Shown here in pieces: positions 58,097 through 64,000 of a stretch of 64,000 bases of DNA; position 1 is the first letter of the stretch, and each line of letters starts with the position of its first letter. The stretch comes from a virus (lineage: Duplodnaviria; Caudoviricetes): the IMG/VR virus record IMGVR_UViG_3300014204_013734, positions 128,001 through 192,000 of that record, one strand, 5' to 3'. Under the pieces are notes generated by a model. It was not told the origin of the DNA. It did no database searches and worked only from the letters and a program-made list of their open reading frames with translations. Both the position numbers and the translations under genes were made by a program.

Positions 58097-58732
58097 ATGT
58101 CCATTCTTGAAGGTTTGAAACGAATCGCATCCGAGCATCCTGAAACCAGGATGGCACTTCTTCCCCTAATCAAGGAAGCATCTTCTTGTGGGGACAAGTA
58201 CAAGAATGATGAGGGTACGTTCAAAGGGAAGCCAGGGGAGAAGTTTGACAACTGCAAGAAATTTATGACGGACTGTCGGGATGACGTGGACGACCCGGAT
58301 GCCCTTTGTGCTTGGATTGGAAGGGAGCACGGGAAGATTGCCGCCGGAACAGACCCTAAGCGGTACCTCCAGATAGATTTGAATCCAACTGGTTTAACTG
58401 TGTATTTCAACTTATTGTACTTAGAAGGCGAAGGATTGACGAACCTGTATGAGGATGTTCAAAAGAACATCAATCTGGCACTTTCCCATTTCAAAGGTTT
58501 CTTTGCGGAAGTAGGGGATGGCGGGGTCATCAAACACAGTCCTAATCTGAAGGATGCTGTTATTTCTCATGAAGTGAACAAGTTGCGGGTGTCCGGCATT
58601 GTTGGTACTGTTAAGTTTCCGTTGGGTTGGTTGGAAGAACTTGGTATTCACGATGAGAACGATTACCGGGAAAAGATCCTGCCTTTGGTAGGAGGTACTT
58701 GGAATATACGTGAAATTTTCATTGGAAAATGA
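58097..58732 (+). CDS. EHPETR-tagged protein
   Basis: MSILEGLKRIASEHPETRMALLPLIKEA; AGGAG RBS. Confidence 0.8.
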   Translation: MSILEGLKRIASEHPETRMALLPLIKEASSCGDKYKNDEGTFKGKPGEKFDNCKKFMTDCRDDVDDPDALCAWIGREHGKIAAGTDPKRYLQIDLNPTGLTVYFNLLYLEGEGLTNLYEDVQKNINLALSHFKGFFAEVGDGGVIKHSPNLKDAVISHEVNKLRVSGIVGTVKFPLGWLEELGIHDENDYREKILPLVGGTWNIREIFIGK

Positions 58733-58733
58733 C

Positions 58734-58781
58734 ATGCTTGATTTGGTAGGGACTACCTGGGAAATCAACCTGTCTAAATAG
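58734..58781 (+). pseudogene. Remnant 3' end of a 56715-like gene
   Basis: tagggactacctgggaa (58747-58763) is identical to 57142-57158; encodes LVGTTWE. Confidence 0.55.
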
Positions 58782-58795
58782 TGAAAGGTACTTCC

Positions 58796-59251
58796 ATGCA
58801 AACGCTTGAAGAGCTGAAGAAAATTGCTGCGGAACATCCGGAAATGCGGAAGAAAATAGTTCCCTTCATCAAGCAGGCATTGGTGAAGCCCGAAGTCAAC
58901 GTGGACGTGAAGCGTGATGGTATCGTCTTCAATTTCACATGGCGTCTTCCTAACATAGGTTCGGTTGATGAATTCCCGATCCACGTCAGGAATGCAACAT
59001 TCCTATTGGATAGTGTAGTAGAAGGTATCCGTAAGGAATTTTCTGGAACGACCAAGAAAGATCAGGACGACCTTATTTGGTTGTGGACTTCCAAGGGAGT
59101 TTACTTGACCGGGCGTTTGATGCCGAATGTTGGTGTTTTCGGTATTCCCGTAGCTGAACATGTGGAACGTCTTGGAGGGCGGAAGTCTTTTGAAACCGTC
59201 CTGAAGGGTTTGTTCAAAGGATGGAATGTTGTCAGCCTAAATTGGACGTGA
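58796..59251 (+). CDS. EHPETR-tagged protein
   Basis: MQTLEELKKIAAEHPEMRKKIVPFIKQA. Confidence 0.8.
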   Translation: MQTLEELKKIAAEHPEMRKKIVPFIKQALVKPEVNVDVKRDGIVFNFTWRLPNIGSVDEFPIHVRNATFLLDSVVEGIRKEFSGTTKKDQDDLIWLWTSKGVYLTGRLMPNVGVFGIPVAEHVERLGGRKSFETVLKGLFKGWNVVSLNWT

Positions 59252-59592
59252 CCATTTTTTGGGTTTACGTCATTCAGTCCCAGGAAATCCGTCCAGGCGG
59301 GAAGCCGGGATTTTTCTATGTTGGCTGCACGACCAATCCGGCTCGTCGTCTACGCGAGCATAACGGTTTGTTAGCCGGGGGCGGTAAGTACACTGCCAAA
59401 CACCGGCCTTGGATCGCAAAAAGCTTATACGGACCCTATTCCGGCCGATCAGATGCCATGAAGGCGGAATGGGCTTTGAAGCATGGGAAACGTGGGGCTG
59501 GGCGTCTGAAATGGTCCGTTGATGATTCCCCTTGGTGCCGCGGCAAAGGGCCTGACGATCCTTGGGTCACCGCAGGCATTTCGCCTGTTTGA
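59248..59592 (+). CDS. GIY-YIG nuclease (SLX1-like)
   Basis: WVYVIQS...FYVGCTTNPARRLREHNG...GGKYT...RPW...AMKAEWALK; GTGA overlap. Confidence 0.85.
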   Translation: MTIFWVYVIQSQEIRPGGKPGFFYVGCTTNPARRLREHNGLLAGGGKYTAKHRPWIAKSLYGPYSGRSDAMKAEWALKHGKRGAGRLKWSVDDSPWCRGKGPDDPWVTAGISPV

Positions 59593-59605
59593 AAGGAACT
59601 TTTAC

Positions 59606-61084
59606 ATGTTCAGTATCAACAACCCCTTTTTGAAAATTGTCCAGGAAGCCCTTGAAGATACGGTTAGAAATTCCAAGATGTATTTCTTGGACAAGGACCC
59701 TGTGCGGAATGCACAGGGTTGGTATACTTGGAAATTGTCCGAAGTTAAGGGTGCAGGTGGAATCTGGCAGATGGAATTTTCGGTCAAGGAATCTACCGGG
59801 GAAGCTTTGGTGCAAGTGTTTCCGATTGGGTGGACTGCCCCTGGAAATTCCTCCGTCACGAGTAAGTCACTGTCTGGGTCTGTTGGGGATATACGGTTGA
59901 ATGTAGGTGAGGCGATCAAGTCTGGGATAGACAGGGCGCGGAAATATTCATTTTTCCAGAAATTCCTTCAGGAAAATGCGGGGGGTACTGGTGAATTTGA
60001 ACGGACATTCAAGGAAAACTTGATAAAAGCCACCCATCGTTTTGATGGTCTCAGTTTTTCATCTCAACAACCCATTCGGAACGTTAACGGAAGATTAACC
60101 TGGGAATTGACCTGGGATATGGGGAACGCTTTTGCTTTTGGAAAATGGGACATTGTGTTGACTGTTGAAAAAGAACAGGGAAGGGTTGAAGCGAAAATCA
60201 AACCTTTTGGTTTCACTTCTTCCGGCGTGGTTATCCCCTATTCCGTCAAAGCTTGGCCCTTTTTTGATGTTGGTGCATTTCTTTTGGACGGCGTCCGCAA
60301 AGCCAAAAGGTCCGGTCTTTTCCAGAAATTCCTTCAGGTAAAGAAGGGATCCAAAGTTGCTTCTTTTCCTTCCGTGGTAAGTCCGGAAACCAAAAGAATA
60401 GTGAAGCCTTTGATGGCGGATCTTTTCAGGAAATCCCAAAAAGACCCATGGGTAGTGGCGGATGCTGCTTATATGGTTTCGGCCGCTTCTGGGGTACTGG
60501 CGGGGTGCTATGCCCATTGGTCCAGACGTTTCCCGGTCATCAGCGAAATGTTTATGGAAACGGATCGTTCAAGTGAAAAAATCAACACCCTTTGGGAATC
60601 TTTGATGCCTGATCTAGAGAATAATTTTACCCAGGTTTCTGCGAGCCGTGTTGCTTCCCGCCATTTGGAAGCACAGGTTACGAAAGATGTTTGGGTTTAC
60701 TATGACAGGACAGCCATCTATTTTGAATTTGATTGGCCCTTGTATCCGATGGATTGGATCCACAACATCCCGAAGCAGGCGGATGCCTGTCGGACGGCTT
60801 TGGAAAAGGCGGTAGATCTTCTTCAAAAACAATTCGGGGGCAGGGAAAAGAAGGTTTCAGACAAGGCTAAGATGTACTACAGTATCCGGGACGAAGACGG
60901 ACGGTTGGTGCTGACTGGTTCCGCGCCGGCAGCGAACGGTGTGTTTGGTTTGGACGTTCCAGCAGAGGTACAGGATATTGGGGGGACGGCGGATTTCGAG
61001 AAGGCTCTTTCGGAAACTTTCCACAAGGCCGGTTGGACCGTCAAAGATCGGGATGATCTGATAGATTGGGACGACTTGGTGTAA
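59606..61084 (+). CDS. Multidomain protein: tandem duplicated domain, RVASRH tag, C-terminal domain paralogous to 58796..59251
   Basis: PVRNAQG..FFQKFLQ and PIRNVNG..LFQKFLQ; GVFGLDVPAEVQDIGG versus GVFGIPVAEHVERLGG. Confidence 0.75.
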   Translation: MFSINNPFLKIVQEALEDTVRNSKMYFLDKDPVRNAQGWYTWKLSEVKGAGGIWQMEFSVKESTGEALVQVFPIGWTAPGNSSVTSKSLSGSVGDIRLNVGEAIKSGIDRARKYSFFQKFLQENAGGTGEFERTFKENLIKATHRFDGLSFSSQQPIRNVNGRLTWELTWDMGNAFAFGKWDIVLTVEKEQGRVEAKIKPFGFTSSGVVIPYSVKAWPFFDVGAFLLDGVRKAKRSGLFQKFLQVKKGSKVASFPSVVSPETKRIVKPLMADLFRKSQKDPWVVADAAYMVSAASGVLAGCYAHWSRRFPVISEMFMETDRSSEKINTLWESLMPDLENNFTQVSASRVASRHLEAQVTKDVWVYYDRTAIYFEFDWPLYPMDWIHNIPKQADACRTALEKAVDLLQKQFGGREKKVSDKAKMYYSIRDEDGRLVLTGSAPAANGVFGLDVPAEVQDIGGTADFEKALSETFHKAGWTVKDRDDLIDWDDLV

Positions 61085-61099
61085 GGTTTTCTAAAGGAA

Positions 61100-61540
61100 T
61101 TGGTTCATGAAACAATCGGAAATTACCAAGTTTGTCCAGCGGATCCGGGTGCCTTTGAAGAGTTTGAAGAAGGTAGAAGTTTGATGTCAGATGAAATCGT
61201 GAAGCACTTTCAGGGGTTCAAACCTAACCCTACGATCCGTGAAGTTGCCGCTAGGCAGGAAGAGGATGTGGACATCCCTGACCCGGCGGAAAATGCGTTT
61301 GTTGCTTGTCTTCCCGGTGATGCGGATCATCCTTTGGATGACCCCAACCCGTGGTTATCAAAGTTGCCTTCCACGATACAGGTGGCGTTGGCCACAGGTC
61401 TGTCAGAAGAAGAGGAACGGAAAGCTAGGCGAGCTTTGGCCGTCCACGAACGGCTGGAAGGTGCCCAGTATCCAGAATCTGGAAGTCAGATCCCCCCGGT
61501 CGCCAAACGGACTTTCGGAATTAGGAAAGCTGACGTTTAG
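61100..61540 (+). CDS. Hypothetical protein (start uncertain)
   Basis: ORF in the dominant orientation; AAGGA upstream. Confidence 0.6.
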   Translation: MVHETIGNYQVCPADPGAFEEFEEGRSLMSDEIVKHFQGFKPNPTIREVAARQEEDVDIPDPAENAFVACLPGDADHPLDDPNPWLSKLPSTIQVALATGLSEEEERKARRALAVHERLEGAQYPESGSQIPPVAKRTFGIRKADV

Positions 61541-61674
61541 TCAGTTCCGGATTTTTTCATCCGTCCAGTTGGTTTGTCCGTTGTGACAGTAGTTTCAGGT
61601 TGTTTTTTCTGGCCAAGCACTTCACGATTCTTCTTTTCCTTGGCCCGCTTCCTCTTGTCACGTCCTTTTCCCAT
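61537..61674 (-). CDS. Small basic protein (45 aa), absent from the ORF track
   Basis: GAGGTG RBS; MGKGRDKRKRAKEKKNREVLGQKKQPETTVTTDKPTGRMKKSGTD*. Confidence 0.55.
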   Translation of the reverse strand: MGKGRDKRKRAKEKKNREVLGQKKQPETTVTTDKPTGRMKKSGTD

Positions 61675-61799
61675 GTCACCTCTTGTCGCCAGTTCCAAGT
61701 TCAAGATACGGCCTTGCCAGTGTTCAAGGCCATATCCGGACCTATTTGTGGTCCATCGTTGTTTTAGGGGGTTTGCGTTTCACGTCTCATGCTATGACT

Positions 61800-61828
61800 A
61801 TTTTGGGTCCTCTTCATGGATTTGTCAA
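61800..61828 (-). promoter_or_regulatory. Sigma70-like promoter on the minus strand
   Basis: TTGACA-17 nt-CAAAAT on the reverse complement. Confidence 0.5.
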
Positions 61829-61879
61829 GGGGTTTTTGGAAGGTTTTCACTTTTTCAGGAAGGGGTTGCCAAAAATTTC

Positions 61880-61895
61880 TGGTAACTACCTTATC
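61880..61895 (+). promoter_or_regulatory. Candidate phage late promoter motif
   Basis: TGGT-aactacct-TATC. Confidence 0.45.
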
Positions 61896-61938
61896 TAATC
61901 GCCTTTGTTGGGGTAGGTTCTTTTGGAGGAGGTTGGAC

Positions 61939-62169
61939 ATGGCGGGTAATATTGTTCGGGTATACGCTTATGTGGATGATGAAGGCAACCCATTTTGGTC
62001 TTTTACAAAATATCCGCAGACCGTTTCACCGTCCAAGCGGTTGTTCCTCCAAAGCCGTATCGGCATAACTCTACCTGCGTTCACCCGGTTTATCCGGGAA
62101 CAAGGGGAGGAAATGTTGGCGGCGTTGGAAGGGGAAGAGGAAGGGACGGAATCGACAAATGTATCTTGA
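61939..62169 (+). CDS. Small hypothetical protein
   Basis: GGAGGAGG RBS before ATG 61939. Confidence 0.7.
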   Translation: MAGNIVRVYAYVDDEGNPFWSFTKYPQTVSPSKRLFLQSRIGITLPAFTRFIREQGEEMLAALEGEEEGTESTNVS

Positions 62170-62188
62170 CAAAGCAAAAGGAGAACCC

Positions 62189-62554
62189 ATGACCGAAGAA
62201 GCCAAGAATGAAGAAACCGTTGTGACCGAAGCTGTTGTGTCCCAGGAAGCAGAAACCCCGCCGGAAGCTATCGGCGAGCCCGTCCAGGATCAGTCAATTA
62301 TCGGCGAGTTGGAACAGAACGAAGTTGCCTTGCTCAACGCCTTGGCGCAGAAGCAACGTGCTCTGACGTTTCAGATCGGGGATATGGAAGTCCGGAAGGC
62401 GATGACCCTCGGTCAGATGCAGGGGATTGACAACCAGGTACGTACGGTTTACCAGAACGTAGCGGTTCGGTTGGGTATCGGGGATAACGTTCAATGGAAC
62501 ATCACCCCGGACTTCAAAGTTCGCGTGCTGCCGGTAACCGGCATGGCGTCCTGA
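62189..62554 (+). CDS. Hypothetical coiled-coil protein
   Basis: AAGGAG RBS before ATG 62189. Confidence 0.7.
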   Translation: MTEEAKNEETVVTEAVVSQEAETPPEAIGEPVQDQSIIGELEQNEVALLNALAQKQRALTFQIGDMEVRKAMTLGQMQGIDNQVRTVYQNVAVRLGIGDNVQWNITPDFKVRVLPVTGMAS

Positions 62555-62561
62555 GGTTAAA

Positions 62562-63980
62562 ATGGGCTGGGGTCCGGGACCAAACGACCAACCCATCCCC
62601 CCACAGAATGTAATGTTGGTCCGCCCGTCCATATCGGGCGTTCACCATGGGGTTTGGGATATTAGATGGGATGACCCATCCCTCCTGGCGCGTAATGCGG
62701 CTTGGACGGTGGTGGGCGTCAACATTTACAGGTCGGACGTTTCGGACCTCGGCCCGTTTTACCGAATCAATGAATTCCCCGTAGGTGGGGGTTTCTTTCG
62801 GGACATCACGAAAAACGTCAGGACGATTGAGACCGTTGACTGGAACACCGGATGGCTTTCAAAGGGCGATTCGCCCAATGACCGCCGATGGGTCATTAAG
62901 ACTACGAATCCCATCGTCAAAGAAAATTCAGAACCTCCGTTTGATAGGCCGATTCCTGCCAATCTTCCTTCTGATGTTCACGTCTACATTGATGGGGTTG
63001 AGGCAGGTGTAGACAATGTGTTTGGACCATCGGGGGAAGTCAAGCTCATTGACCAGGAAACGTTTGATACCATCACGGAAAAGATTATCCCTCCGGTTCT
63101 TCCTACCACTGCTACTTCTGTTGTTGAAATCGTGTATTTCCGAAACATCAATCACATCCAGACCGGTCTTGAATCGGGGGTGTTTTACAGGCTGACGACA
63201 GTTGTGATTGACGCTACAAAGCCTAGCGGGTACAACGAAACGGATCTGGATTGGTGTAAACCGGCAGTAGCAAACGTGGTGGAGGAGTTGGATTACATCT
63301 GGCGTGAAGCAGTCCGCCGGAACCAGTGGATACTCCAGCAGGGTGGGGAACGGGTCAAGATTTTCATCAGACGTCAGTCTGGGATTCCTTGTGATTGCGG
63401 GCTGGATCCTCGCCAGTTGGAATATTCAGGACAGCCTTCTAATAGGTGTCAAAAATGTTATGGCACATCTTTTGTTGGCGGCTTCGAGGGCCCGTATGAG
63501 GCCCTTATCGCCCCTGACGATGCTGAACGCAAGATTTCACAGCAACCTACGGGTCGTAGGCAGGAACACATGTACGAAGTGTTCATGGGTCCTTCTCCTA
63601 TGGTATCCATGCGTGATTTCATCGTGAAGCAGAACAATGACAGATACACCATCGGGGCAGTCAGGCGCCCGACGAACCGCGGGAACCTGCTTCAGCAACA
63701 TTTTAGTATCAATTCAATGGATGGTCAAGACATCCGTTTCATGGTCCCCATTGACGGAGTAGACACTTTGGTATTCCCACAGACACGTTATGGCAGGCGT
63801 CAGGTCCCGGCTATGCCGGTTGACGGTGAACTTCGTATGTCCCCGTCTACGCAACCGGATAAACCCGCGTATCCTCTTGGTCCCGATGCCCAAACCCCGA
63901 TGCAGACGGACAAGCAACCTTGGGCTGAAGGGACACAGCAACGCGGTAGGACTCCGAGTTGGGAGAATTCAACCGAATAA
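62562..63980 (+). CDS. Putative neck/head-closure structural protein
   Basis: GGERVKIFIRR...CDC...CQKCYGTSFVGGF zinc-containing motif; function inferred from motif and late-region context. Confidence 0.55.
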   Translation: MGWGPGPNDQPIPPQNVMLVRPSISGVHHGVWDIRWDDPSLLARNAAWTVVGVNIYRSDVSDLGPFYRINEFPVGGGFFRDITKNVRTIETVDWNTGWLSKGDSPNDRRWVIKTTNPIVKENSEPPFDRPIPANLPSDVHVYIDGVEAGVDNVFGPSGEVKLIDQETFDTITEKIIPPVLPTTATSVVEIVYFRNINHIQTGLESGVFYRLTTVVIDATKPSGYNETDLDWCKPAVANVVEELDYIWREAVRRNQWILQQGGERVKIFIRRQSGIPCDCGLDPRQLEYSGQPSNRCQKCYGTSFVGGFEGPYEALIAPDDAERKISQQPTGRRQEHMYEVFMGPSPMVSMRDFIVKQNNDRYTIGAVRRPTNRGNLLQQHFSINSMDGQDIRFMVPIDGVDTLVFPQTRYGRRQVPAMPVDGELRMSPSTQPDKPAYPLGPDAQTPMQTDKQPWAEGTQQRGRTPSWENSTE

Positions 63981-64000
63981 AATGTTCAATGATTTCAAAG

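Noticed and set aside
55086-59251. Repeated DNA as a CRISPR array or a diversity-generating retroelement
   Set aside because: The repeats are degenerate, in frame and protein-coding with irregular spacing; no cas gene, reverse transcriptase or adenine-specific template/variable pair was seen
1-64000. tRNA or rRNA genes
   Set aside because: No cloverleaf or rRNA-like sequence recognised by eye in the few intergenic gaps; tRNAscan-SE or Infernal would be needed to exclude them

Overview
This window is the head-morphogenesis (late) region of a large tailed phage, probably jumbo-class, with almost every gene on the + strand. Gene order: NusG-like and sigma-region-4 regulators, many small virion-type genes, terminase large subunit, intein-containing portal, a 3098-aa multidomain protein, prohead protease with two inteins, acidic EF-hand scaffold, decoration protein and major capsid protein. 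The 3098-aa protein carries a 2H phosphoesterase, a CCA-type nucleotidyltransferase, three zincin-like domains and a type IB topoisomerase. After the capsid gene come a LAGLIDADG-methyltransferase fusion, glnA and speH, three paralogous structural proteins, a neck-type gene, a double endonuclease, an array of small paralogous genes and a head-closure-type gene. Three observations stand out. (1) An apparent virion cargo-addressing system: a ~25-aa tag (L..LA.EHPE.R..L.P..KEA) on 10 otherwise diverse proteins, a second tag (RVAxR[W/F/Y/H]) and K-x-A motifs that mark the domain boundaries of the giant protein. (2) A neck-type gene fractured by an atypically split intein (32-aa IntN, 130-aa IntC), with a frameshifted endonuclease between the halves. 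(3) A repeated candidate phage late promoter, YGKT-N8-TATY. All calls come from reading motifs by eye; no database searches were run. No tRNA, rRNA or CRISPR array was seen.
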